Positions 1-10,646 are shown, numbered from the stretch's first letter. The stretch: DNA of 50,993 bases from Candidatus Micrarchaeota archaeon (GCA_021163225.1 JAGGXE010000001.1:1-50993); one strand, 5' to 3'. Notes: generated by a model not told the origin, from the letters alone. Program-made: numbers and translations.

Positions 1-1
1 A

Positions 2-1543
2 AAAGGATCCTTTGACAATGGGACTTTGAACGTCTTAGCGGACATGTTTGTGTGGACGTTAGAGAACAGGGACCGAATCAATTCAAAATCGTATTACCGT
101 TTGATGCACAAGAGAAAGCCTCAACACCTGGATAACGAAACGGTCGCCAGGTACGTGGTCAGGAGGTTCTTTGACCTCTACTCTTCTTTAAATTTCTCTA
201 AAGAGGTACCTGTCAAAGAAAGACACGAACAAATATATCTGGTGTATACAGGTACGAACATCCGTAAACGGTTGTTCCATATACATCGGGAAAGCGATAT
301 GCTGTTGAATGCAGCTGTGAGAATGGCACGCAAGGGCATGTTCGAACTGGAACACGGACTGGTGCGGAAGCACGGGTTTGCGTACACCGAAGGGTACAAG
401 ACGGCTTACAGGTTCTTTGTGCTCCATCCGGAACAAATTGATTCCCACGCCTTTAAAATATGGGACCTGAAACGCGGCGGTACAGGTTCACTCACCTCCT
501 ACATGTTCGGTGAGAAGGCGAAGGTTATACGTGAATTTGTAGAATATAGATGGAGACGGATAGAGGAAACGTATCCTGAAGCATTGGAGTTTATAGGAAA
601 GTTACCCAGGGAGGATCAGGAGTACGCTTATTTGGCTATGGCTGTTTCTCCAGAGGGTACATCTTCTATCCTGAGATGTTTGGCAAAATATCGAGAGAAC
701 GGCGGCGTGATCACTCCAGGTATGTTCAGGACTGTGTGGGATATGTACGCATGGGCACATGACCATTGGCGACGCGTAAACGGCAGAAGATACAGGCAGT
801 TGACCGGGAGAAGAAAAACCAGACGCGTTGACCGTGAGGGGCTCGGTATATACGTATTCAAAAGGTATCTCCAACTGTACGAAAAGGTAGAGGGTAAAAC
901 CGAGACGTCCAGACAGAATGCAGTGTACCAAAGGTTTACTGGAACGAAACTCCGTACGCAGATATTTAGGGATTTCGAATATCCGGAGCCGGTCGAGTTA
1001 CCGTTCAGACATAATTACAAACCCGAGGCATTGGGTAGAAGGATACGTCGTCCTTATCCGACCGTTTACTATACTCCTCTCATTCCAAAGTTTGATTATT
1101 CGGATAAAGACACGTTACGCGTGATAAAAATGCAGGGTAGTGCAGTTGTCCAAAATCCGCCCAATCCGAAGTATCCTGTGGTGGGATTCGATATCGATAC
1201 TCTGAGGTTCAAATGGTACCCCGTACTGCGCAGTGCTACTGGGTACGAAGTGCGTGCGTTTGATACGGTTGCCGTAGACCCCAGGTTTTTAGGATACTAT
1301 ATCTATGTTGATGCAGGTGATCCGAAGATAGACGGATTCTATAGATGTGTTGACACAGGTACCGCTATAAAATCTTCATTGAGTAACAGGTTATACGTGA
1401 CCGGCAGAGAAATATTTGACATAGATTTTTATGCAGGTATAGGTTCGCCGGACATCTGGAGACCTCTTCAGATGCGGTTTAACATTGCAAAAAGAAAAGG
1501 GAGGTTGAAGATATACCTGTTTCCGCCCGATTATTTCAAATGA
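2..1543 (+). CDS. 5'-truncated protein with an internally duplicated helical domain and a C-terminal 3D (MltA-like, three-Asp) domain
   Basis: The frame is open from base 2, so the true start probably lies upstream of the window. The C-terminal motifs TVYYTP / SATGxxVxxxxTVAVDP / DTGTAIK / IDFY match the 3D-domain consensus. Confidence 0.75.
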   Translation, partial: KGSFDNGTLNVLADMFVWTLENRDRINSKSYYRLMHKRKPQHLDNETVARYVVRRFFDLYSSLNFSKEVPVKERHEQIYLVYTGTNIRKRLFHIHRESDMLLNAAVRMARKGMFELEHGLVRKHGFAYTEGYKTAYRFFVLHPEQIDSHAFKIWDLKRGGTGSLTSYMFGEKAKVIREFVEYRWRRIEETYPEALEFIGKLPREDQEYAYLAMAVSPEGTSSILRCLAKYRENGGVITPGMFRTVWDMYAWAHDHWRRVNGRRYRQLTGRRKTRRVDREGLGIYVFKRYLQLYEKVEGKTETSRQNAVYQRFTGTKLRTQIFRDFEYPEPVELPFRHNYKPEALGRRIRRPYPTVYYTPLIPKFDYSDKDTLRVIKMQGSAVVQNPPNPKYPVVGFDIDTLRFKWYPVLRSATGYEVRAFDTVAVDPRFLGYYIYVDAGDPKIDGFYRCVDTGTAIKSSLSNRLYVTGREIFDIDFYAGIGSPDIWRPLQMRFNIAKRKGRLKIYLFPPDYFK

Positions 1544-1547
1544 GGGT

Positions 1548-2957
1548 TCATACGCATGCCATGTCATCCGGTGCGACAGGTGTGGCATCTTCTGTCCTAT
1601 CCCTACCCGGGCTCGGGTTCCTCCAGGATTCCACAGTAATCTCAACGATTTCTGATTCCGGACCGACGTTGCCTGCTCTGTCCTCCGCAACGATATAGTA
1701 TGAATACTTCTTTCCTTCGGTTACGTTTCTGTCCTTCCATCTGGGTTGATCAGTAGTGCCTATGAGTTCGAACTGGACATGCGGTCTATCACCGGGACGT
1801 AATCTGCCGAGGCTTCCGTGTTCGTACCTGTAAACCTTGTATGTTACCCCCTGTTCGTCACAATCCCAATTCAAATGTACAACGGGTCTTCCCAACGGAT
1901 CGTAGGATTCTCTCGCTTTAAGATTGTTTACTGTTGGCGGAGTGATATCGTATATTACCCTTACTGTTTTCATGTCCGCAATTCCGTAACGGTTTTCGGC
2001 TTTGAGATACAACGTTTTGATGCCTTCGGTTGGGGTGATATCGAAGTATGCCGCGTCCGGGAATCCGTTTGAGCAATGTACTTCAACCCAGTTCGATCCG
2101 CCTTCGCTTGCGTAGCAACGGGATGCGTTATAAACTTTGTAGTACAGCACAACCCTCGGATAGTTCGTGTACAGTTCCGAAACATTGTAATCGTTGACCC
2201 ACAGGTATTCTATCGACGGTCTCGGACCGTGACCTCCTCCGCTATGGCTTCTTGTTTTGTACCTTATCCTATCGTATACCTCCTCGGATATCAATCCTTT
2301 TTCATCCTTGCACTGGAGATATACTTCCTTTGTGCCGTGTCCGCTACTCAGTTCCCAATCCATTTCCATCTCCGGCCCTTCGAACTCGAACCAACCCGAC
2401 TCGTTATCTTTCCATTCGTCGTCTTCGTTTCTAACCCTGCACGCCACCGCATTTTTGGCACGGATGGTTAGTTCTACATCTCTGTCATATGTGACATCAT
2501 CACCATCGTTTATCACTATCTCCATGTCTTCAACCGCGCAACTCTTCTCAACAGGGTTGGTTTGATCCTCCGTTGCATTCTCCGATTCGTCCTGCTCTTC
2601 GGAGGTATCTGGCTCGGGTTGAAATTCTACTTCCTCATCGGAAGCATTCGAACTTTCAGTAGCATTAGAGAGTTGTGTTATCTGTTCAGATGTAGTTGTT
2701 GCAGAGACATTGGTTTCTTCGGTATCCTGGTGATCGGTAGTGAACATGTTAGCTATGGCGGTGTATATAGTTTGCGGCACATTGAACAGAAATGCTAAAC
2801 CGACAAGTACAACGATTCCCAAAGCTGCAGCGATCAATAATACCTTTCCTTCATCTATTTCGATCGTTTCCTCGTTTTTGTCATCCTCTACCTTTTCATC
2901 CATTCTCTCATCTTCTTTTTCATCCATCTTCTCATCCATATCAACAGGGTCTTCCAT
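1548..2957 (-). CDS. Membrane-anchored surface glycoprotein with Ig-like repeats and a fibronectin type III-like domain
   Basis: Acidic N-terminus (DEK repeats), one TM helix (LLIAAALGIVVLVGLAFLF), an S/T/E-rich linker and many NxS/T sequons. Ig-like repeats (INDGDDVT...LSSGHGTKEVYLQCKD) and FN3-like motifs (LNW...YKVYR...YSYYIVAED.AGN). Confidence 0.7.
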   Translation of the reverse strand: MEDPVDMDEKMDEKEDERMDEKVEDDKNEETIEIDEGKVLLIAAALGIVVLVGLAFLFNVPQTIYTAIANMFTTDHQDTEETNVSATTTSEQITQLSNATESSNASDEEVEFQPEPDTSEEQDESENATEDQTNPVEKSCAVEDMEIVINDGDDVTYDRDVELTIRAKNAVACRVRNEDDEWKDNESGWFEFEGPEMEMDWELSSGHGTKEVYLQCKDEKGLISEEVYDRIRYKTRSHSGGGHGPRPSIEYLWVNDYNVSELYTNYPRVVLYYKVYNASRCYASEGGSNWVEVHCSNGFPDAAYFDITPTEGIKTLYLKAENRYGIADMKTVRVIYDITPPTVNNLKARESYDPLGRPVVHLNWDCDEQGVTYKVYRYEHGSLGRLRPGDRPHVQFELIGTTDQPRWKDRNVTEGKKYSYYIVAEDRAGNVGPESEIVEITVESWRNPSPGRDRTEDATPVAPDDMACV

Positions 2958-3087
2958 ATGTGTCCCACCCCCTATGAGTTTGAGTGTTATTTTATGGTAT
3001 ATTGTTATTTCTCTTTTTAAACCTTTGCATCGAACCAGACCGACTCGTATTTCTGTTTCTTTGTCTAAACCGCTTTAAAACAGATGT

Positions 3088-4500
3088 TTAAAGGATCCGT
3101 TTTAAGATGTACGTTTTATCTTTTACATCGTGAACTTCAAACCCTTTGCTGCGTATTTCTTCCCTTATCTTATCGGCTGTTTCCCAATCTTTGTTTTCAC
3201 GTGCTCTACGTCTCTCCTCTACAAGTTCCTCAATATCTTTCGGTATACGCGGAAGCTCGAATTTCATTACACCCAACACTCTGTCTATCTCTTTCAAAAA
3301 CCCGAGTATATCTTCTATGTCGTCCTTTTTAAGTTGATTGAACTTCGCATTTACCGTGTTAATGAATTTGAACAGATGCGGTAATGCCAACGAAATCTGA
3401 AGGTCGTTATCCATCCCATCTTCAAACCCTTTCCTTGCCTTTTCGATCGCATCCTCTATTATTCCCGTCTTTCCGTCCTCGGTTTCCTTTGCACGTATGA
3501 GAAGACGTTGTATAAACATGTCAATATTCTCGATGGTTTCGGTAGCTGCTCTGAGAGCATCGAAAGTGAAGTTCAGTTGTTCTCTGTAATGTGTGGATAG
3601 GAGGAGGTATCTGATCGCACGCGGATGGTAACCCATCTTCAGCAGATCCCTGAGGGTATAGAAGTTGCCCAGCGACTTGCTCATCTTCTTACCTTCCACT
3701 ATCAGATGTGCTGAATGGATCCAATAGTTAACAAAGGTTTCGCCTGTCGCCGCTTCGCTTTGCGCGATCTCATTCTCGTGATGCGGGAATATGTTATCCA
3801 CACCTCCGCAATGGATATCGAAATGCGGACCCAAATACTTCATGCTCATAGCCGAGCATTCTATATGCCAACCCGGCCTTCCCCTACCGAGTTCGGTATC
3901 CCAATACACGGGTCCGTCTTTCTCATCCCATGCTTTCCATAACGCAAAATCTGCCAGTTCCTGTTTCTCGTACTCGTCATGACTAACCCTTGCACCGGGT
4001 TTGAGTTGTGATACATCCATGTGGGAAAGTTTTCCGTACTCTTTGAACTTTTTGACAGAGTAATAATAACTCCCGTCCTCTCCTTTGTATGCATAACCCT
4101 TTTCTATGAGTTTTTTGATAAGTGCGACCATCTCGGGTATATGTTCTGTAGCATGAGGGTAGTAATGGGCAAACTCGATGTTTAGAGTATGTAGATCTTC
4201 ATAGAACGCTGTTTCGTACCTGGAGGTGAACATCTTTAGAGGTATCCCTTCCTTCTGCGAATCCCTAATGGTTTTATCATCAACATCGGTGATGTTCATC
4301 ACATGGATTACTTTGTATCCCTTGTATTCCAGATATCTCCTCAACAGATCTTCGAACACGTACGTTCGGTAGTTGCCGATGTGCGGATAGTTGTAGACGG
4401 TCGGTCCGCATGTGTACATCCGTACCTCTCCTTCTTTAATAGGTCTGAACTCTTCCACACGTCTCGACATCGTGTTGTACAACCTCAACATCCTGAACAC
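3088..4500 (-). CDS. cysS: Cysteine--tRNA ligase
   Basis: MYTCGPTVY, HIGN, GRPGWHIECSAM, FPHHENE and KMSKS motifs. Confidence 0.98.
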   Translation of the reverse strand: MFRMLRLYNTMSRRVEEFRPIKEGEVRMYTCGPTVYNYPHIGNYRTYVFEDLLRRYLEYKGYKVIHVMNITDVDDKTIRDSQKEGIPLKMFTSRYETAFYEDLHTLNIEFAHYYPHATEHIPEMVALIKKLIEKGYAYKGEDGSYYYSVKKFKEYGKLSHMDVSQLKPGARVSHDEYEKQELADFALWKAWDEKDGPVYWDTELGRGRPGWHIECSAMSMKYLGPHFDIHCGGVDNIFPHHENEIAQSEAATGETFVNYWIHSAHLIVEGKKMSKSLGNFYTLRDLLKMGYHPRAIRYLLLSTHYREQLNFTFDALRAATETIENIDMFIQRLLIRAKETEDGKTGIIEDAIEKARKGFEDGMDNDLQISLALPHLFKFINTVNAKFNQLKKDDIEDILGFLKEIDRVLGVMKFELPRIPKDIEELVEERRRARENKDWETADKIREEIRSKGFEVHDVKDKTYILKRIL

Positions 4501-4527
4501 CTTCCCGAAAACGGTTTTCTGTAAAAA

Positions 4528-7383
4528 CTATTCTATCTTTATGGCGGGTTTGAGCGGTAACGCATTCTTTGCCTTCGGGTCCGAAGCGTCTCCCTCTTTC
4601 ATTACAACGATTTCTGCATCAAACCTCTCTTTAAAGTATTCTGATGCGTTTGTCAGGATTTCTTCTTCGTTCAGTTCGGGCATGTCCCTATACTCAGGTA
4701 ACATCTTGAAGACTTTCTTGATCAAGGTAGCGATCTCTCTCTTATGTTCTTCGAACCGTCTATCGGTCATCAATGCATCCATTATCGATTTCATGTTGTA
4801 TTCGACTGTTAACGCTTTTCTGACCATCTCTCTCTTCCAAGGTGCCGAAACAAAGAACGTGATCTTCTTTGGTTCCTTCTTTATCACCTTGAGTATATGG
4901 TTTACATCTTCCGTGACCTTCTTTATGTACCATTCAGAATCCTTTTCTATGAATTCTGTCTTTTCTATAGGAGGAAGTTTTGTCTGACAGACCAACGTAG
5001 ATTCACCTATTACGGTGTGCCATATCTCCTCCGCAAGGTGCGGTGTGAAAGGCGACATCAGTTGAACTAATGTTTTTATGGTATTTCTAAGCACCTCTCT
5101 GTTCCTACCCTTTCTTTTCAGATACCATTGTATATCTGACAGTATTCGGTAGTATACGATATCGGTTGCATGTTTAAGTTCAAAACTGTCGATATCTTTC
5201 TCTATCTGCCATAGATATGCTTTTATTCTATGTTCCAGCCAGTCATCTATGTGCGTTCGTGCATCGGTAAGTTGTTCGCTCAGTTCCCACAACCGTTTCA
5301 CTTCGTTGTACATCCATTCTAATCTTTCCCGGTATTCGAAGACCTGCTTCTCATCAAACTCTACATCTACGTACGGTTTTGCTATGTTCGCATAGAACAG
5401 CCGCATCGGGTCTACCCCGTATCTCTCAGCCATGCCCGGAACCGGTTGCGCCCCGCCCTTACTCTTCGATAATTTCTCTTTCGTATGCGAGATTATCCAA
5501 TAGTTTACAAAGATTCCTCTCGGCCATAACTCTTTCGGTAGGATTGCTACATGGTTCTTAACGAACGGAGGGAAATGTACCGTGGTATGTTCTTTACCTC
5601 CGAGGTTTATGTCCAACGGATACCAGTACCATACGTTTTTCTTTATTTCCTCTACCAACGATACGTCCATCCCGTTCTCTTCAGCAACGGATTTCGCATC
5701 ACCTTTACCTAAGAACACATAATCAAAGAATTTGAGTGTTAACTGTTCAGGGGTGAACCTATCTTTGTACATGGATACCAGATAGAATATTGGGTAGAGT
5801 GTAGAATCCGAAATCGCTTCAATAGTATACCTTTCATCAAACGGGAACTTTGTACCTAGCCATCTTCCCATTCGTGCACAAGGTCTTTCTTTAAACCAAC
5901 GTAATGCATCGGGTAAGAATTCGTAGTACTCTTGAGGTTTAACATTCATCTGTTTACCCCATTCGATCGCCCTTTCATTCAGCCAGTCTTTGCTATAATC
6001 GATGAACCACTGGTGATCCACCTTTTTTATGAATACGCGCCCGCCACATCTACATATCACTTCTTCTGAAAGGTCGTAGAAGATATCTGCCAACCCTTCT
6101 TTGATAAGTTCTTGTTTAACGAGTTCTTTTGCCTTTTCCACAGGCATACCAGCGTATTTACCCGCGGTTTCTCTCATCACACCTTTGTAATAACCCGATT
6201 TGTATATCTCTTTTTTAGCATCTTCAAGTTTGGGGTCTGTGGAACTTCTTATTCCCATTCTTTCACATATCTCTTTTGCAGGAAATTCGCCCCAGCCGGG
6301 TGTTTCTATTATCGGTATAGGTTGTATCTTCTGTACCTCTTCGCGGTTCAGTCCGTACTTTTTACATTCTTCCGGATGGTTTTGCAAGTCGTACAGACCC
6401 ATCCAATCGTGCGGCGCGTCGGAAGGTACAGAGGTCACGATACCAGAACCTACGTTCGGGTCGCAGAATTTTGAGGGGAGTACGATTATCTCTCTCATTA
6501 TACCGGGGGCCATGACGTATTTGCCTATCAAATCGCTTCCTTTTACAGTACCTTTTATTTCAACGCGGTCTTTCTGGTATTTTATCTTTTCAGCAAACGG
6601 TTTGCTACCGACCCATGTTTCCCCTTCAACATCCATCACAACATACTCTTCATCAGGGTCGACCCATAGATTGGTTTGGCCGAATACCGTCTCAGGTCTT
6701 AGTGTAGCGGCGATCAAGTACACAGTCCCGTAGTTATCGATATCCGTCCTGAACTTTAGTAGCGTGTATTCGATTTTTTCAGCATTTCCTCCTTTGCTGA
6801 CATCCGTCTCAGCAGGGTCTACGGAAACCGGTCCGCAGTTCTCACAATAGGTTGCATAGTATTCTTTCTGTATCAGCAGTCCCAGGTCCATCAGTTTGTG
6901 AAACTGCCATTCTATGAATTTGTTGTATATCCTATCGATTGTTGTAACATACGTTCTCTCATTGATCAGGATACCAAACCTTTTCATATCTCTTACGTAC
7001 AGCTTACCGAAATATCTTACGAAAGTCTCGGGGTCCGTGAGTTTTTTAATATCCTCTTCAGGCACGTTGTTCTCTCTCAGATAGTTGATATACTTTTCAT
7101 CACCTCTTGCAATAAGTTGCGCCTTTGCGATTACTCCGTTACCGGTGGCATGTATCCCTATGGGTAACATTGCATTGTATCCTGCAAGACGTTTGAACCG
7201 TGTTATCATGTCCGCATATGTATACCCTCTCATGTGTCCTGTGTGCAGGAACCCAGTCGGGTACGGATACGCAAAAACCATGTAGAATTTCTTTTTTCCT
7301 TCTTCCCTTACCGCTTCAGCAACCTTAGCCTTGTCCCATTCTGTTTGCCATCTCCTCTCTAATTCGTTCCAATCGATACTCAT
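4528..7383 (-). CDS. leuS: Leucine--tRNA ligase (archaeal type)
   Basis: AYPYPTGFLHTGH, ATLRPET, SVPSDAP, SDSTLY and KLSKS motifs. Start moved to the ATG at 7383, which follows a GGGGTG SD-like site. Confidence 0.96.
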   Translation of the reverse strand: MSIDWNELERRWQTEWDKAKVAEAVREEGKKKFYMVFAYPYPTGFLHTGHMRGYTYADMITRFKRLAGYNAMLPIGIHATGNGVIAKAQLIARGDEKYINYLRENNVPEEDIKKLTDPETFVRYFGKLYVRDMKRFGILINERTYVTTIDRIYNKFIEWQFHKLMDLGLLIQKEYYATYCENCGPVSVDPAETDVSKGGNAEKIEYTLLKFRTDIDNYGTVYLIAATLRPETVFGQTNLWVDPDEEYVVMDVEGETWVGSKPFAEKIKYQKDRVEIKGTVKGSDLIGKYVMAPGIMREIIVLPSKFCDPNVGSGIVTSVPSDAPHDWMGLYDLQNHPEECKKYGLNREEVQKIQPIPIIETPGWGEFPAKEICERMGIRSSTDPKLEDAKKEIYKSGYYKGVMRETAGKYAGMPVEKAKELVKQELIKEGLADIFYDLSEEVICRCGGRVFIKKVDHQWFIDYSKDWLNERAIEWGKQMNVKPQEYYEFLPDALRWFKERPCARMGRWLGTKFPFDERYTIEAISDSTLYPIFYLVSMYKDRFTPEQLTLKFFDYVFLGKGDAKSVAEENGMDVSLVEEIKKNVWYWYPLDINLGGKEHTTVHFPPFVKNHVAILPKELWPRGIFVNYWIISHTKEKLSKSKGGAQPVPGMAERYGVDPMRLFYANIAKPYVDVEFDEKQVFEYRERLEWMYNEVKRLWELSEQLTDARTHIDDWLEHRIKAYLWQIEKDIDSFELKHATDIVYYRILSDIQWYLKRKGRNREVLRNTIKTLVQLMSPFTPHLAEEIWHTVIGESTLVCQTKLPPIEKTEFIEKDSEWYIKKVTEDVNHILKVIKKEPKKITFFVSAPWKREMVRKALTVEYNMKSIMDALMTDRRFEEHKREIATLIKKVFKMLPEYRDMPELNEEEILTNASEYFKERFDAEIVVMKEGDASDPKAKNALPLKPAIKIE

Positions 7384-7576
7384 TCGGATACACCCCTGTA
7401 TTTCCGAAGATGTTCTCTTTAAGCCGACAACCACTCCTTCTAAGAGATCAAACGATATAGTGCGCGAATCTTTATATTTATTACTCTGACTTGTTTTTAC
7501 AGACCTTCTAAACTACCGTCATGTATAAAAATTTAACATTGGTAATTAAAGAACGCATATTCTTATAACAGCGGAG

Positions 7577-10500
7577 GTGTTCGATGTGTTGAATCACAAA
7601 GAGATCGAGGAAAATATATTGAAATTCTGGCGTGAAAAAAGGATACGTGAGAAGTTGAATGAGAAACACAAGGATAAACCGTTCTACTTCTGTGAGGGAC
7701 CTCCTTATGCAACAGGTGACCCGCATCCCGGAACAGTGTGGAATCATGTTATCAAGGATATGTATTTAAGGTATATCAGGATGAAAGGCTACTACGTACA
7801 TGACAGAGCAGGTTTTGATACTCACGGCTTACCTATCGAAGTTAAAGTCGAAAAAGAGGAGGGAGTAACATCTAAAGGTGACATCGAAGAGAAAATAGGT
7901 GTTAAAACGTTCATCGATAAATGTAAACGGTTCGCTACCAGGTACATCAAAAGTATGAGTGAAAAGTTTGAACGGTTCGGTGTTTGGCTGGATTTCGAAA
8001 ACCATTATGCAACTTATAGAAACTCCTATATGGAACAGGTTTGGCAGAATATAAAACGGGCCGATGATAAGGGATTGCTGTATGAGGGGAATTACGTAGT
8101 TCCCTATTGTCCCCGTTGTCAAACAACTTTGGCTAACTATGAACTCGAATATTTTGAAAAAGAGGACCCGAGCATCTTTGTCAAATTCAAACTTAAGGAC
8201 AAACCGAACGAATACTTGGTCATATGGACCACTACACCATGGACGTTGATATCCAACCTTGCCGTGATGGTTCATCCGTCTGCTACGTACGTTAGAGTTA
8301 AGGTCGACGATGAGGTATGGATCGTTGCGAAAGACCGATTGGATTACGTGTTGGAGAAGACTGGAAAAAGTGGTGTGATCATCGATGAGATGAGCGGTAA
8401 ACGACTCGACGGGTTGAGATACGAGCATCCTCTTCAGGAGTTTATAGGAAAAACCTACGATAGACACGTAGTTCTCAGTGATGAATACGTTACAATGGAG
8501 GAGGGTTCAGGTCTGGTTCATTGTGCGCCAGGTCACGGTCCAGAGGATTATGAGATAGGAAAACGGTACGACCTCGAGATTTATTCTCCGGTTACTAAAG
8601 AGGGCACGTTTGACGAAACCGCGGGCAAATACGCCGGTTTGGAGGTTTTGAAAACCAACGATATCGTGATAGAGGACCTTGAGAAGAAAGGCGCTCTTCT
8701 CTTTGCTGAGACGATTAAGCATAGGTATATGCGTTGTTGGCGTTGTAAGACACCTCTCATATACATAAACATGAAACAGTGGTTCATAAAAGTAGGAGAT
8801 ATCAAAGATAAGATGTTGGAAAACATAGCAAATACTGTATGGGTGCCAGATTACCTACGTAAACGAATGAGTGATTTTGTAGGCGAGACCTCTAATTGGT
8901 GCATTTCGCGACAGAGGTACTGGGGGATACCCTTACCGATATGGAGATGTGAACGTTGTGGTGCTGTAAAGGTTGTAGGTTCCTTTAAAGAACTTCCGAA
9001 AAAACTTGATGACTACCATAGACCGTACATCGATGAGGTGACATTGAAGTGCGATTCATGCGGAGGTGAGATGCGTAGGGTTCCGGATGTGTTGGATGTT
9101 TGGGTCGATTCCGGGAATGCGGTTTGGGCTTCTTTGACCGATGATGAAAGAAAGAGGTATGAAGTCGCAGATTTTATAGTTGAGGGACGTGATCAGGTGC
9201 GTGGATGGTTCTATTCTCTGTTGGCTTTCGGTACGATCCATTACGACAGGGCTCCGTACAAGACAGTTATGCAGCACGGTATGTTCCTTGCTGAAGATGG
9301 TAACACGATGAGTAAGAGCCTCGGCAACTTTGTACCGGTTGAGAAGATAATCGAACAGTACGGTGCAGACGCCTTTAGGTTGTGGGTTATGAAAAACGTT
9401 CCTTGGGAAGATGTAAAATTCAGTTGGAACGAACTCAAGGAGGCGAAAGCGTCCCTTAATATACTGGCTAATATAGGTACGTTTATCGACAGGTTTGTGG
9501 ATGAACGGATAGACTATTCCGATGAAGACCTGTTGATCGAAGACAGATGGATAATATCCAAGTTCAATTCAACACTGAAGAAGGCTACCGAAGCGATGGA
9601 CCAGTACAACTTCCACATTGCTACGAGAGTGTTGAAAGAGTTTGCAGAGGAAATGCTCAGCAGAAGGTACATAAAACTTGTCAAATCGAGGATAAAGGCG
9701 GATAAGAAGAAAGAGGTTGCATTATCGGTGCTCTTCGACGTATACTTCGATTTCTTGAAAGCCTTCGGTATAGTTGCTCCTTTCTTGAGCGAACACATCT
9801 ACCAAACAGTCTATAAAAAGAGGTTGAACGGTGAAGAATCTATATTTATGTACGATTGGCCGGAGTACGATACACTGAAGATAGACCCAAGCGTTGAACG
9901 GATGTTCGATGTTGCGGATCAGGTAGTGAGTACGGTCAACACCTTGAGACAGAAGGCAGGTATCAAACTCAGATGGCCTGTCGAAGAAATAATCTTTGTG
10001 CCTTTTGACAGTTTCTCCGAAGAAGCGGTCATGAAGTTTTCAGATGTGATCAGAGATATGGCTAACATTAAGGATGTTCGGATCGAATCGAAAGTTGATT
10101 CGCAGGTCAAGGTAACCTTGGACGAGGAGAAAATAAAAGAGTTGTACAAGGATCTTGCAGACGATATATTCAAAGAAGTGTATAACGTGGATCCGATCGA
10201 ACTTCAGAAGACCGTGGGATTAGGTAAACTATTCAAGGGGACCGGTTACGAACTCAAACCCGAGTTGGTGGTTGTCGAAGAGAGTTATCCCGGATACGAG
10301 GTAGGGTTGTGCGATTACGGAAAGGTTTATCTCAAATCAACGTTATCTGAAGAGTTGTTCGAAGAGGGTATGCTGCGTGAGGTAATACGAAGGATACAGA
10401 TGATGAGAAAAGAAAACAGGTTGGTCGAATCGGACACTATCGATGTGGTTATCAATGCATCGGACAAATTGGCTAACATCATCGAAAAGCATACTGATGA

Positions 10501-10612
10501 ATTCAAGAGGGCGGTTAACGCATCATCGATAACAATGACTGATAAAACTCAGGAGAAATCCTGGAAAATCGAAGGAGAACAACTGAGTGTATCTATCAAA
10601 AGAAAAAAGTGA
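7577..10612 (+). CDS. ileS: Isoleucine--tRNA ligase
   Basis: EGPPYATG-HPGT, GFDTHGLPIE, WTTTPWTL, WCISRQRYWG, EGRDQVRGWFYSL and TMSKS motifs. Confidence 0.98.
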   Translation: MFDVLNHKEIEENILKFWREKRIREKLNEKHKDKPFYFCEGPPYATGDPHPGTVWNHVIKDMYLRYIRMKGYYVHDRAGFDTHGLPIEVKVEKEEGVTSKGDIEEKIGVKTFIDKCKRFATRYIKSMSEKFERFGVWLDFENHYATYRNSYMEQVWQNIKRADDKGLLYEGNYVVPYCPRCQTTLANYELEYFEKEDPSIFVKFKLKDKPNEYLVIWTTTPWTLISNLAVMVHPSATYVRVKVDDEVWIVAKDRLDYVLEKTGKSGVIIDEMSGKRLDGLRYEHPLQEFIGKTYDRHVVLSDEYVTMEEGSGLVHCAPGHGPEDYEIGKRYDLEIYSPVTKEGTFDETAGKYAGLEVLKTNDIVIEDLEKKGALLFAETIKHRYMRCWRCKTPLIYINMKQWFIKVGDIKDKMLENIANTVWVPDYLRKRMSDFVGETSNWCISRQRYWGIPLPIWRCERCGAVKVVGSFKELPKKLDDYHRPYIDEVTLKCDSCGGEMRRVPDVLDVWVDSGNAVWASLTDDERKRYEVADFIVEGRDQVRGWFYSLLAFGTIHYDRAPYKTVMQHGMFLAEDGNTMSKSLGNFVPVEKIIEQYGADAFRLWVMKNVPWEDVKFSWNELKEAKASLNILANIGTFIDRFVDERIDYSDEDLLIEDRWIISKFNSTLKKATEAMDQYNFHIATRVLKEFAEEMLSRRYIKLVKSRIKADKKKEVALSVLFDVYFDFLKAFGIVAPFLSEHIYQTVYKKRLNGEESIFMYDWPEYDTLKIDPSVERMFDVADQVVSTVNTLRQKAGIKLRWPVEEIIFVPFDSFSEEAVMKFSDVIRDMANIKDVRIESKVDSQVKVTLDEEKIKELYKDLADDIFKEVYNVDPIELQKTVGLGKLFKGTGYELKPELVVVEESYPGYEVGLCDYGKVYLKSTLSEELFEEGMLREVIRRIQMMRKENRLVESDTIDVVINASDKLANIIEKHTDEFKRAVNASSITMTDKTQEKSWKIEGEQLSVSIKRKK

Positions 10613-10646
10613 GACTTGAATCAACAAAAGTCTTTAGTTTTTCTTT

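Noticed and set aside
7577..10612. IleRS signature variants HPGT and TMSKS as a sign of inactivity or drug resistance
   Set aside because: HxGT is usual in archaeal IleRS and the catalytic second Lys of KMSKS is retained, so nothing further can be supported.
3088..10612. cysS-leuS-ileS cluster as a special system
   Set aside because: These are ordinary housekeeping genes. Clustering is unsurprising in a compact genome dominated by informational genes.
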